The position numbers were made by a program, and so were the translations under genes. Under the pieces are notes generated by a model. It did not search any database, was not told the origin of the DNA, and worked only from the letters and a program-made list of their open reading frames with translations. This document shows, in pieces, positions 1 to 13,388 of a stretch of DNA of 64,000 nt. This stretch comes from Camelus dromedarius (Eukaryota): assembly GCF_036321535.1 (NCBI RefSeq), contig NC_087437.1, positions 92,506,001-92,570,000 of the forward strand, given 5' to 3'. Position 1 is the first letter of the stretch, and each line of letters starts with the position of its first letter.

Positions 1-2360
1 AGAGTTGTTGTGGAGGGAACATTTCTCAACACAATAAAGGTCATTGATGACAAATCCACAGCTAACTTCATACTCAAAGATGAGAAGTTGAAAATCTTTC
101 CTATAAAATCAGGACTAAGAAAAGAATGTCCACTCTTACCACTTCTATCTAATACAGTTTTCTAAATCCTAGCCACACCAATCAGAAAAGAAAAAATAAA
201 TAAAAGGCATCCAAATCCAAATCCAAAGGAAAGAAGAAGAATTGTCAGAATTTGCAGGTATTTATACTATATAGATAAATCCCTAAAGTCTCCAACCAAA
301 CACTATGAGAATTAATAAGTGAATTCAGCAAAGCTGCAAGATACATGATTAATATATAGAAATCAGTTCCTTTGTTATAAACCAATAATGAACTATCACA
401 AAGAGTAAGTATACAAACAAACAAACAAAACAATTCAATTAAAATTGCATTAAAAAGAATAAATTACTTAGGAATAAAATTAGCCAAGGAGGTCAAAGAC
501 CTATACTCTGAAAACTGTAACAGACTGTTGAAGAAACCTGAAAATTATGCAAAGAAATGAAAAGATAACCAAAGCAATGTACAGATTTAATGCAGTCCCT
601 ATCAAAACACCCATTACATTTTTCACTGGACTACAACAAATAATTCTCAAATTTATATGGAACCACAAAGCACTGCAAATTCTCAAAGCAATATTGAGAA
701 AAAAAGATCAAAGCTTGAAGTACCATGCTCCCAGAGTTTAAACAGTACAACAAAGCTATGGTAATCAAAACGGCATGGTACTGGCACGTACACATGCATG
801 CGCGCGCACGCACACACATACACACAAACAGATATATAGATCAGTGGATTAGAATATGGAGCCCAGAAATAAATTCACACACTTATGGTCAACTAATCTA
901 CAACAACGGGGGCAAAAATGTATAATGGAGAAAACAAAGTTTCTTCAATAAGTGGTGCTAGGAAAACTGGACAGCCACATGTAAAGGAATGAGAGTAGAA
1001 CATTTCCTCACACCAAACATAAAAATAAACTAAAAAATTCAAAAGGGATGAAAGACCTAAATGTAAGATCTGAAATTATAAAACTCCTAGAAGAGAACAT
1101 AGGCAGGAGACTAACTGGACATAAATTGTTGCAATATTTTTTATCTGTCTCCTATGACAAAAGAAATAAAAGGCAAAATAAACAAATGGGACCAAATTAA
1201 AGCATTTGCACAGCAAAGAAAACCATCAACAAAATGAAAAGACAATCTACTGAAAGGGAGAAAGTATTTTCAAATGACATGATTGATAAGGGTTTAATAT
1301 CCAAAATATGTAAACAACTCATACAATTCCATATCAAAAAACAAATAACTCAATTTAAAAATGAAAGAAGACCTGAACAGACATTTTTCCAAAGAAGACA
1401 TACTAATAACTAATAGGCACATGAAAAGATGTTCAACACCTCTAATCTTCAGAGAAATGGAAATTTTTTGAAAATGGGATGTCACTTTACACTTATCAGA
1501 ATGGCTGTCATCAAGAAGACCACAAATAACAAATGTTGGCAAGGATGTGGGAAAAATGGGAACCTTTGCACAGTATTGATGGGAATGTAAATTGGTTCAG
1601 CAACTATGCAAAATAGTATGGAGGTTCCTCAATAAACAAAACCAGAACTACCATAAGATCCAGCAATTCCACTCCTGTGTATATATCCAAAGAAAATAAA
1701 AACACTGATTTAAAAAGATACATGCACCCCAATGTTCACAGCAGCAGCATTTGTAAGAGGCAAGGTATAATAGCCAACCTAAGTGTCTGTCAACAAATGA
1801 ACAGATAAAAAAGATGTGGTGTATAATACACGTATTATTCTTTCATATATATTTTATTTCATTCTTTTTCATAGCTGAGTAATATTCCATTATCTTTAAA
1901 TGGATTATAAATTATAAATGGATTCTATTATAATAGAATATTAGTCATAAAAATGAAATTCTGCTATTTGTAGATGGATCTAGAGAATATTATGCTTAGT
2001 AAGTCAGACAGAGAAAGACAAATGCTCTATGTAATCACATATTTGGAATCCAAAAGATAAAACAAACAAATATATGTAGCAAAACAGAGACACTTTCACA
2101 GATATGGAGAACAAACTAGTGGTTACCAGTGGGGAGAGGGATGGCAAGAGAGACAAGATAGGGATACAGAATTAAGAGATACAAACCACTTATATAAAAA
2201 TATAAGCAACAAGGAGGTATTATACAGCACAGGGGAATATAGCTATTATTTTGCAATAACTGTAAATGGAAAATGATCTATAAAAATATTGAATCACTAT
2301 GTTGTACATCTGAAACTAATACAACATTGTAAATCAACTATACTTCAATTTAAAAAAAAA
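1..2360 (+). mobile_element. LINE-1 3' portion (degenerate ORF2 RT/C-terminal region, 3'UTR, poly-A); 5' part lies outside the window
   Basis: ORF fragments [23 protein letters not shown] and [17 protein letters not shown] match L1 ORF2; many stops and frameshifts; ends TTGTAAATCAACTATACTTCAATTTAAAAAAAAA, an L1 3' terminus. Confidence 0.95.
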
Positions 2361-2409
2361 GTGACTGGTGTGTTGAGACATGGCAGATATGTGTTGGGGT
2401 TTGTACCAA

Positions 2410-2605
2410 CAGTTCCTGGATTTAAATTCTTTCTCCTCTTCATATGACATTGGGGTAAATGAATTTGCCTCCTCAATTTCAGTGTCTTTAAATGTAAAAG
2501 GAGATGATAATGATAACAGTAAGTCTGTTGTGAATATTAAATAATATGAGTATATAACTCTCCTGACACTAACGTGTAGCTCTAGAAAATACTAGTATAT
2601 ATTAG
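2410..2605 (+). mobile_element. MIR SINE remnant
   Basis: Degenerate MIR core: TTTCAGTGTCTTTAAATGTAAAAGGAGATGATAAT...GTTGTGAATATTAAATAA. Confidence 0.6.
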
Positions 2606-3322
2606 TACAATCTTATACATCTGTAGTCGCGAAAGTTTTTGAAAAGAATTGGAAAGGTTGGCATAGAAGGAATTTAAGACATGTTTAGATTAAAATACTG
2701 CTCTTTTCCTTTCTCTGATAAAAGTGCTAACATAGGCAAAGGAAGGTGTTAAAGTCTGGTATGATAAAATCAAATATAATGTAATTGCCCCCTGAGAAAT
2801 CTAAAACAAAACTAATAGCCAAGTGTCTTTCATTCAGGAAATCCTTTTCAGTGCAACTTTGAGATCACCTGATCACTGTGAAGGAATTCTAATAATTCTA
2901 TCCTTGTAAAGATCCTGCATCTTTCAGTGTGTAGTAATAATTCTTCAGGGTCCTGTAACAAAATCTACTTTAGGAAGTCTTTGTCAGGACAATGCAATGC
3001 AATATCATATGGATCATTCAGCTTGAATAATAATTTTTCAACTGATACCCTCCGCAGCCAGCTTTTCACATAACAATGCATCTTTTGTCTGGCCTCATGC
3101 TCTACTAGCTTTCAAATGTCTTGCACTACTGGCTTTCTGAATTTAGCTGTTGTATCTCTAGAGTTAAGGAAATTCACAGAGGACATGACTTTTTGCATAA
3201 TATTAGTTCTTTAAACCAACTCACACAAAATTTTGCTCCCTAGGTTCTCATCAAGCAAACATGTTTTGCTGCCATTAGCACATTGATGCTAAAACTCTAC
3301 AAAAGTCAAAACTAATTAATAG

Positions 3323-3532
3323 CTATGTTTATTAAGAGCTTACTGTTTGCCATTGTCTTAAATGTTGACCTTCCTCATCTCCCTATTTTGCACACATTTT
3401 ACATAAGTGAACTGAAGCTTAAAAAGGAGAAGTAATTTGGAAGAGATCATGGAGCAGTAAACTGTGAAACTTTGATCAGAGGAATCTAGTTCTGACTGCA
3501 AAGTTTGTACTCTTAATATCAGACCATCTGCC
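3323..3532 (-). mobile_element. MIR SINE remnant
   Basis: TTTATTAAGAGCTTACTGT...CATTTTACATAAGTGAACTGAAGCTT...TCTGACTGCAAAGTTTGTACTCTTAA resembles the antisense MIR. Confidence 0.7.
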
Positions 3533-4830
3533 ACCCTTGTTTTCTGATCATATGCCTGACATCCAAAGAAAATATTCTTTTTAAATACTAAAGAAGGAAA
3601 ACTACATAATTTAGTATAATTTAAAAAGTGATTCAAAATCTTATGAGAAACAGATTATCTAATTGTAAACAATTGGATCGAGATTTTAGACATCTAAGAG
3701 ATACCTAGAATTCTACCACTGCCCAGCGAGGCTGAATTACCTACCCTATCTGTAAACAAGTTTCCACCACTGTAAAGTGAAAGAGTTATCCTAAATAATG
3801 GAGAATTAGAAATGTTCAAATCCTTTCTAACATTTAGATGTTATTAAAGGGCTATGTTTAGCATGATATCGCATACAGTAAATGTTTTAGCTCTAAGTAT
3901 CAACTCACCTTAATGTCACTCTACAGCAAGTGCTTTCACGGTGGAACCTCATTTAAATTTCACAACAGAAGCAACAATATATTTCTTATTTTGTGGTTAG
4001 GAATACCACATAACCAAACCCAGTTTCAGACAACTAGCTCAGAGTATAGATGTGGATTTGAAATTAAGTCCCCAAATTTAAGATATTTCCACTGCAGTAC
4101 AGATATATTAGAAGTATTGAACTTCACATTACATAAGCAGGGTGCCTCACTCCTGTGTCAATTTTGGATTGGCCATTGTAGAAATCTGCATGGAATTTGG
4201 AAGGCAGAAGTGAAGCAATCTCTATGTTTATGTTTAAGGGCTAGTGTAGGCGCTGTTTCTCAATACTTTTTTTCATTGTTGCCTTCCATAGGAGTCTTTT
4301 TTAACTTCTTTTTTCCTAATTGACCCTTAAATACTTTGTCTAGCTGGGTTAAGCTTTGGATGACCAAAGACTGTAATCAAGTAGTGGGCCCCTCCCCTGC
4401 TGTGCAACAGCAAGACCAAATACCAAGGCAGTGGTCTTCTGCAGAGAGAATAAGTTTTTATTGCAGGGTGGCCAAGCAAGGAGATAGACGGCAAAGCTCA
4501 CATCTATCTCTCCAATTAGCTGTTGAGTGGTATATTTATCATGGAAGCACAGAGTAGAAGGGGGAGGGGGCTCAGAAACGATTGGTGGAAAGCAATTTGT
4601 ATATTTCAAGAGTACTCTGTTCAGGAGTAAACTCTCTTTATGCCTTTTCGTGGGTTACACATGCAAATCTGCCAAGGTGGAGTTTCCTTATGTAACATAC
4701 AGTGATGTCTAAAGTTCATTATTAGTCATCCTAATCCCTCAGTCCACCTGAATGATGCTCAAAAGGGCTATTAGCAAGTTGTTTCTGTATTTGTGGTTTC
4801 CCTGGTACTCTGCAAAACAAGCTTAGTCCC

Positions 4831-4912
4831 TTTCTTCTTCCCTTTCTTCCTTCCTCCCTTCCTTCCTTCCTTCCTCCTTCCTTCCTCCTTCCTTCCTTCC
4901 TTTCTTTCTTTC
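4831..4912. repeat. (TTCC)n/(TTTC)n microsatellite at the tail position of the adjacent antisense L1
   Basis: Direct reading of the sequence. Confidence 0.95.
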
Positions 4913-5452
4913 TTATTGCAGTATAGTCAGTTTACAATATTGTATTAATTTCTGGCATATGGTTTAATATTTCAGTCACACATATACATACATATGTTCA
5001 TTTTCATATTCTTTTTCATTATAAGATTCAATATCTTGAAGTAACCATTTCCCTGTGCTATACAGAAGAAACTTGTTGCTTATCTATTTTATATATAGTA
5101 GTTAGTATCTGCAAATCTCGAACTCCCAATTTATCCCTTCCCCATCTCCTTTTTCCCCTGGTAACCCTAAGATTGTTTTTTGTATATGTGAGCTTGTTTT
5201 TGTTTTGGAAATACGTTCATTTTTTTTAGATTCCACATATGAGTGATATCAGATGTTATTTTTCTTTCTCTTTCTGGCTTACTTCACTTAGAATGACAAT
5301 CTTCAGGTCCATCCATGTTGCTGCAAATGGCATTATTTTACTCTTTTTATGGCTGAGTAGTATTCCATTGTATAAATATATCACAAATTCTTTATCCAAT
5401 CATCTATCCATGGACATTTCAGTGGTTTCCATGTCTTGGCTATTGTAAATAG
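4913..5452 (-). mobile_element. 5'-truncated lineage-specific LINE-1 (3'UTR plus the end of ORF2)
   Basis: TAGTAGTTAGTATCTGCAAATCTCGAACT...AGATTCCACATATGAGTGATATC...CCATGTTGCTGCAAATGGCATT; same family as 23356-23800. Confidence 0.93.
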
Positions 5453-7127
5453 CAAGCATGCTGTTTTTGGTGCATGATTTTGTTTCTACCTTATGAGCCT
5501 TGTAAGTTACAGGGTACAGTTTCAACTATTGTAATAAGGGTTTTTTTGTTTGTTTTGTTTTGTTTTGTTTTGTTCCCCACTGCATCCCCAAACCATTTTT
5601 TCCTTCTTGGAGAGAAAAGGTTATTATCCTCATTGATAGGGAGTCAAGTAGTGTTGCTACTTAGGAAGGTTGTCATTAATGTTAGCTCATTCTGTTGCCC
5701 TAGGGCCGCAGCTGGGCCTGCAGCTTTGCCTCTTCCTTTCCTCCTTCCTTCCTGTTTCTACAGGTTCTGAGCCAGGTATGTGTACAGCTCTGTTCATAAA
5801 GGTCAACAGCAGACTCTGCATATCACCCCTATCATCAAGGTTGCAGGAGGTGAGAGAGGGGCACATAGATTCCAGTTCATCCTTTTGGATTTGACTCTCC
5901 CAAATTCCAGTTTGTCATTGCTCTCCTCCAAGTCACATCCAACTTTTCTTTCCTACTGCTGACCTTGTTGACTTCAGGCTCAATAAAACAAGCAGGAGCA
6001 AGAGCTTGAATTGGACTGTTTAACCACCCCGCACAACTGGGGAAGACAAATACCTATAATGAATATCTTACAACATGTTACAGTAGTTTTGTTTGCATGA
6101 TAGAACCATACTCAAAAATAGGTGTTGATTTTATAATTTATCAACTTAAACACATTAGCACAAATATAAATAAAATTCTTGGTTCTGCTTTCTTTCATTA
6201 CCTCTCCTAAGTTCTTATTAAATTGTCACCAAAATAAATAAAGAGGGGGAAAAAAGAGAAGAAAATCCCTGTATACACATGGCCTCATTTTGTTCTTCAT
6301 GACATTATTTCCTATTTTTTTTTCAGTATTTAATGCATGGTTCCAATGTCATTAGCACATTCAAAATGATACAGAGAAGAAACATTCTTTGATACACATG
6401 TTCTTTCTAATTACAACACCACTTGTCATCTGTGTTTGTGAAATTACTCTTTCATCTCTCAGTTTATCTTTCACATAAAAGTATTTTAAATTAAATGGAT
6501 CTCAATTTGCATTACTTCTCATTGAATAGTAATGCAAATTCTTTTCTGATTTGTTTTTCTTCCTTAGACTCTTGGGACATAGAGTTGAATTAAACAGTTA
6601 TTTATCCCAGTATTTAACTGTTTCTTCAAATCATTCATGATTTTCAAGATGACCCAACTGTTATTATAAACCAACAATAATAAAACAATAATTAAAAAAA
6701 CTGACATTTCCGGGGAAGCTTTTTAAAGTAAAGTATAAGATCAAATGGTTAGACAAAGAAAATACTTTCTCATTTCTATGAGGAATTAGTTTCACATGGA
6801 GAAAAATTGCGTAAATCTCTCTAAATGACAACTCATAGTCTCAGGATGAGAATCTCTGTTCTGATGGTGTTTGTTGAATGAAAAATGTATAATAGAAGAT
6901 GGGATATGCTTTTCATACAGTTTGTGTTTTCATACGGTTTGAATGTGTAATCAGAAATTCAAATAACTTAACTGCATTTACTTAAATATCTAATCATCAA
7001 AATAAATACATCTGTGTTTATTGCAAATCCTAGAAATACTCAAATTTTTGAGAAGCTATAATGAGTTCCATTCTTTGGTATATTGTTAAAAACTGGTCAA
7101 AAACATTGAAGATTCCCTTCAAAATAT

Positions 7128-7212
7128 TACATGTGTGTATGTACACATATATGTATAAAAATACATATGCATATATACATATTTACATATATACAATACA
7201 TATATAAGTGTG
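7128..7212. repeat. TA/CA-rich low-complexity tract
   Basis: Direct reading. Confidence 0.8.
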
Positions 7213-8532
7213 GGTTATAACAGACATCTGAAAATTCAGTATGATTTAATTTTAACTTAAAGTTCTGAAAATTCACTAAAAGTTCTATTATCTTCCAGAG
7301 TAAAAGAAATTTAAAATACATCATGTTCAAAGATTTGTGTTCTTAGAAAAGTTGTCATTAAGGCTAATTTCTTCCCATTCCTAATTGTGACACCATTCTT
7401 TCAATAAGTTAACTTTAGAGCATGTGCCTTCAGACCTAGGTTCCAACCATATGTAAAATGTGTCTTAAAACTCAGTGTTAACATTTGAGCTACTTGTCCT
7501 TTTGATGACATGATATTTCAGCAATTATGAGAGAAAAATATTAAGATATTTAGGGAGAAATGTTAGCACACAGGCTCTTATTTCTCAAAAAATATTTGTT
7601 ATTATTGCTACTTGACTCATTAAAAGAGAGATTCCAATTAACATAGTCCTAAAGGGAAATTCATTTGTGGAAGAAAAAAAAAGAAAAAATATCTTTATAA
7701 AATCATTTTGGATTGTGCTATAAGCAGCTAAAGAATTTCACATTTCAAATTGACTTCAATTTATTTAAAACATACATCAACACTTACAGTATTTTCTTCT
7801 ATAACTCTGTTCTAAAACTGTGTTCTACTACAAGTCTGATTTTTGTACATTTCCTCCTTAATTATCCTAACAGTATTTTCTCTTCTCTTTCAATATTCAT
7901 TTTGAGTAAATCAAACATTTCAAATGCTTTTCCTCCAAAATTTCTTACAGACAGAAATTAAATCAGATAGCTTATTAAGAACTGGAAATGTGGCCAGTGC
8001 TATGTATTCTTCACCATTGCCACCGAGATCAGTACAAAGTAGAATTGTACAAAGAGTTTAAGGGAGTTTTAAAACAGGTACTCCCTGGGAAAAGCTCCTC
8101 AGACAGTACCCACATTCTGTGAATGAGTGTAGAGAGCAGCCCAGTGTTTTTCCACATGACCAAGAGTGGCAGATTGTGACAATAAGAGCAACAGCCTATA
8201 CAGGGACCCTGTGGTCTGGACACAGAAACCCAAGACTAGACACAGTGTGGGTCAAGGTACCCACACTGTAATGTAGTTCCTTGTGGATGGCAATGTGACC
8301 ACTCACTCACTCACACACAATCACAGACGTGTAAATACAAATAGATTGTTTACTAATTTTTGCTATGTTTCACACAGTTTGAAAGATTATTAATAATACA
8401 TGTACATATCATCAAATAAAACATCTGGCACATAATTCTAAATGTACACTTAGTCACTCTAAATGTAAAATCAACCAATAACTTGACTCTCATCACTGCT
8501 TCTAATGCTTTATTCATTTAAGAGGAGGCAGG

Positions 8533-9091
8533 TGTTCTAATTGCTATGGCGATATTACAAATTATCTAAAAACTTAATGGCACAGAACCATGACTTATTG
8601 AGCTCAAGAATTCTTAGGGCAAAGAATTCAGACAGAACATCAGATGGATGTCTTGTCTTTGCTCTGTATTTCCTGGGGCCTTGACTAGAAGACTCAAAAG
8701 CTGGGGCCTGTATTATCTGAAAATTTGTTTAAACATATGTTTGACAGATGATGGTGTCTATTGGCTGGGGACCCCAGTTCCTCTCTGTGATCTTCCCTTG
8801 TGGCCAAGCTTGGGCTTCCTCACAATGTAGTGGCTTAGCTCCAAAGGCAAGTTTCCCAGAGGAAAATCATGTGGATCTTTTATTCTCTTTATTATCTAGC
8901 TTCATGGGTCACATGGTATCATTCCTGCTATACTCTATTGGCCAGAGCAATCATAACCCTCCATTTTGAAGCAAGGTGAAAAAAAGAAAGACCTTACTTC
9001 TCAGTGGGAATAGTGGCAGATCACATTGTAAGAACAGGTTGGGTAGGAGATGGTGTTACAGCTATTTTTTTTTTAAATGTAATCTGCCACA
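8533..9091 (-). mobile_element. MaLR solo LTR (MLT1H-like)
   Basis: TTGCTATGGCGATATTACAAATTATCTAAAAACTTAATGGC near the start, GGGCTTCCTCACAATG inside, AATCTGCCACA at the end. Confidence 0.8.
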
Positions 9092-12000
9092 ACAGTTAAG
9101 AAGCATAATAAAAAGTTTAAAACTGGAACTTTTCCTTCTTTCAGTGACTTTCTCCCAACTCAGTCTAACATCTTTCTCTTTCTGTTCACTACATTCTTCA
9201 AATAGCAAAATGATTAATTCACGTATCTTTAATTATGACATTACTTGGTTGACTTCTTTCTGCTTGAAGAAGTATAATTCTAACCCACTAAAAGAAGAAT
9301 GAGTTCTACTTTTAGACTTTATACTATGTAATATTTATGAATATATGAGTCAAAAGTGTTATGTGACAGTGGTGGGGCTACGGTCAAATCACGTACTTTG
9401 TAAAGACATCCAATTTTTGAGATTTCAGTTATTTTATTTAGATTGAAAACTTTAGGCCACCAATATGTTAGCATCAACATCATTTGTGAGAGGAACTCAG
9501 AATGCAAGTAGCCTTGGGCTTTTTGGGTTTTTTTTGCAAAATTATGAGGTCCATGATTTTCTGATCTGCCCTGAGATAATCTGTAAATCCTTATTGCCTT
9601 TTCTCTTTGTAGAAGTTCTCATATGTTTGATGTTTATGTTTAGAAAGCCCCTTCTTTTGGATATAAGCATCATGGAAATGTTTTGGATTTTCACATTCAT
9701 CTATAATACACAAGATAGGTAGATAGATAACGGAATGTTTTGTAGCATTGGCAATGACAAATTTCTGGTGAGTTCTAGACAAAGGAACTCTGGGATCAGA
9801 GGTCCAGTCACAAATAGTAATTTCCTGATAGCTGTTTCAGACATTGCCTGCTTGCCTCCTGGGCAACCAGTGAGGAGAATCAGAAGGTCCTAGGAATCAT
9901 GACAGTTGACAGTATTGATGAAAATATGAGAGTAGGCTAGACTGCAAAGAGAGAGGGTGCAGAGGGAAAAGATGGGGCTTAATGGAAGACACCTAGGCAA
10001 TTCATACATTTGAAGTGATAGAAAGAGAAGTTATGTTCATAAGTTGTATACATTTAAATAGACTATCTCACGGCCTAAGGTAACATTTAGCTTGCAGTAG
10101 AACTGGTTGACTCTGAAGTGACTATGTTCTATGTCTGAAAACAAACACAAATACAAAGTAATCATACTTCTCATCTTAGTATTTATGTCAGGAAAGGAGA
10201 ACAAAAATGAATGAGTAAAATAAATTTATACTCATCTTTGTTCCCAATTTGCTTATGATGATCAAGATAATTTGTCAATCTTAATAGTTTTTTTTAAAGT
10301 TTATAAACCAATAAACTGATGGAATATATTCATGATTAAATTATCATGTTGATCGAAGGTATAAAATAAGATCATCCAAATAAACTGTAAATAATTTTAT
10401 TCTAAAAGAAAACTTCACAGAGGATTTTTAAAATTTAAATTATAATCTTCCTCCACCAAACACCCTTTGTTGAGAAGAAGCCAACAGTCAGAAAAAAATA
10501 ATCAAAACTCTCCTTGTATTTCCAGTTTTTATTCTGCTGTTTAGAGAGCCTCACCTGAACAGTAACAAAAAAGGGAACTCTGAACATTACTTGTCAAAAA
10601 ATAAAAAAAAATTAAATGAAAGAGCCACCAGCCCAACAATGTCAGCCTTCTCTTGTGATGGCAGGGCACTTAAATCACCAAAAGACAGTAGCAGTAGGAG
10701 AAGGATCCCTGGTGTTCAGGTTTCTTTCTGAAAGAAAAAATATATTCGCTTGACTCCTAACAGCTGTCAAGCATTTTATCATCAATCTTTGCAGCATCTT
10801 ATATAGTTAAAAACACTGCCATTAATGGGTAAGGAAAACTTTAAAACAGAACAACATAGATTAATCCCCTTCATGCAGGTTTTTGAATATGTCACCATCA
10901 GAAAGAAAAATCAGACAGGTTTGTCAATATACTTTTATGAAAGTAGAGCATTGCATTGTATTAATATATATAAGGTAGACAGATAGATAGACAGATAGAT
11001 AGAATAGATAATGTGATGTTATACCTGAGATGTAACGTTATTTTGTGGAATTGAAAAGTATGCTTTTAAGTTAGGATACTATGTGTTGAATTCATACAAC
11101 TTATTCAGTCTCAAGGGGTGGATCACAAGCATATTTTTGGACTTTACAAGGTCAAATGTACATACTCTGAACACAGAAATTTACAATTTCAGAATCTGCT
11201 ATTTGTGTTCTTGTGAAGGATGAGCTCTTACTCTTAGTGATATTAATAAGTATATTGGTTTATTAAATAATTAATTCCCTTGGCCACAAATTGTTAATGT
11301 AAAACACAAAGTTTAAGAGGCTTTTTTTTTCCAAAACGGGAGGTCTCATTATTAATTGGAAGGGTTCTTCCTTCTTTCCCCACTGTCACTATAACATTGA
11401 TTATCCTGGTGAGGTGGATGGAGCTTGTTTATAAAGTCATTAGCGTTATATGCCATGACTTTCTGGGTACATGTGAACGTCATTTATTTTTTTAATGAGC
11501 AAAGGCTGAATATGATCCAAACAAAATGTTCCTGGTTAAATGAACGAGCAGAAATTCAGGGCAGAAGTCATGCGTGAATATATCCCCAAAGGTAAATATG
11601 CTATTCGGAAGCCAGCTACTTCGAGAGAGAAGCTGGCAGTGATCACAAAGAAAAGGGGCTCTAAAAGTGTGATCATCTCTCTCTTCACTTGTTTTTCTAA
11701 CTACATTGCCCTTGTTATCCTCCTTTTGTAGTTGTCATCTCATCTTTCTTCCTTATGATTTTCCAATACATCTTTGTGTGCCTTCGTTATGTTGCTGTTT
11801 CTCCTACACTATAATTTAATGAGGCACAGGCAAAAAGAAATGGAAAGGAAATCATTCAGCTTTTGAGCATCATTCAGCACACCCTCAACTGGCAGGTATT
11901 GGGCGATTAACAATAAAACTGGAGAAAAATAGAAATTTGCAGAAGTTTATCTTCTGAGTTAGATTATATTGTTTGAAGTATTTCTAGGATAGGAAAGGGT

Positions 12001-12789
12001 AACATGCTTAGAAGGCACACCAAACTGAAGGAGCAATGTCTGGGGAACTATATGGCCGTAGTCAATGCGAAAATGGCCAAGTACCTGTAAGCTCTGTGCC
12101 TACTTGTTCTGCTATTTTAAAGGATGATTTAGTCTCTACTTGAACCAGAGTTGCTCTATTGTAGTTGTTCATGATTTTAAAAGATGCCCATGTTTACTTT
12201 CTTAGTGTGTGCACAGAACAAATAAACATTTAGGTATTTACTCTGCACAGCTCAAATCCATGGCTCTACTACTGTCAATATCCCAAATCCATTAGGCAAA
12301 TGCCTGGAAAAGTATGGAAAGTAAGCAAGTAGAAGCATCAACAAACAAGGACAAAACTCCATTAAAAGATGCTTATTTTGACCTTCCAGTTTACTATATA
12401 ATATCAGGCTGGTGCACAGAGCAATGGACAAACTAATGTTCTCTGAGGATGAGCAAGAATTCCTTTGGTTAATCTTTTAGAGCTTGATTAGCCACAATTA
12501 CTGGGTTCTATAAGCAATGTCATTTGTGCCAATGCCCTTCTGCATACCCAACACATTAGCCAAGAATAGAGGGGAAAAAATCCAAATTTCTATTTCATCT
12601 CTGCCTATTTATCCTTTGGTTTCTGAATATTCAGAATTTGGTTTCTATTGCCAGGCTCCTAAGTTTGCCCATGCCCCTGGCCTCCCAAGGTTTCCATGGC
12701 TTCAGCTTTCTTTACCATTCCAAAACTTACATGGCTTCTGAAATCTTTTCTCAGTACTTGTAAGATAATGTGAACATACAGGAAAAAAA

Positions 12790-12990
12790 AATTAGTTGAG
12801 CATCTATTAAGGACAAGTCTATGTGTGGCAATTTATATGCATTGTCCCTTTTAAACCTTACACAAATCCTTTAAGAGAGATATTATCCTCATAGTTCACA
12901 GATTAAGAATCAAAAGACTCGTGAGATAAAGGAGCAGGCACAATATCAAAGCTGGTTGACAACAGATATGAAACTCAAAATTCCTGGAGA
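12790..12990 (-). mobile_element. MIR SINE remnant
   Basis: GTTGAGCATCTATT...TTTAAACCTTACACAAATCCT...TATTATCCTCATAGTTCACAGATTAAGAATC. Confidence 0.65.
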
Positions 12991-13330
12991 ACATGTCTCC
13001 AAAACGTCTCTATTTTTTCTTCAATACCAATCCGAGAAACCAATGAGTAATTTTGTAATGTGAAGGACAATGTCCTTTCTGATTAGACTGGTACATTTTC
13101 TGTCACACAAAAGGAAAAAAGAGAAAGATAGCAAAGTTGGCATCTGACTCCAGGAAAGCCACTGTCTGCATTGCTGATGAGGGCTTCTGTTTTGTATTCC
13201 TTTCCTCATCTCTACATGCTTCTAGCCTGGGAAGAGCCTTCTAGTTCATTTCTGCCTGCCCAGCCACATCGGTGGCCAGCTTTCCTCCTTGTTTGGGTTC
13301 TTCCATTGTGTTTTCTAGAATCAATATGAC

Positions 13331-13388
13331 TGTTATTGTACTGAATTATGCCCCGGCCCAAACTCATGTTGAAGCCCTAATACCCATG
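13331..13388 (+). mobile_element. MLT1A/B LTR 5' fragment
   Basis: TGTTATTGTACTGAATTATGCCCC...TCATGTTGAAGCCCTAATACCCA, parallel to the start of the LTR at 28508. Confidence 0.65.

Larger units (their letters stand above)
4372..5524 (-). mobile_element. ERV solo LTR (ERV1-like), interrupted by an L1 insertion at ~4831-5452
   Basis: TG...CA termini (TGTAAT at 4372; TTTCA at ~5524); minus-strand AATAAA (TTTATT ~4457) and TATA-like box (~4531); TTTATTGCAGGGTGGCCAAGCAAGGAGA motif typical of antisense LTRs; no TSD recognised. Confidence 0.55.

Noticed and set aside
8241..8290. V(D)J recombination signal (CACAGTG heptamer)
   Set aside because: No ACAAAAACC nonamer at 12 or 23 bp spacing and no V/J segments nearby
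9368..9573. Possible DNA-transposon MITE with weak terminal inverted repeats
   Set aside because: Terminal similarity is too loose to support by eye; needs a Dfam search
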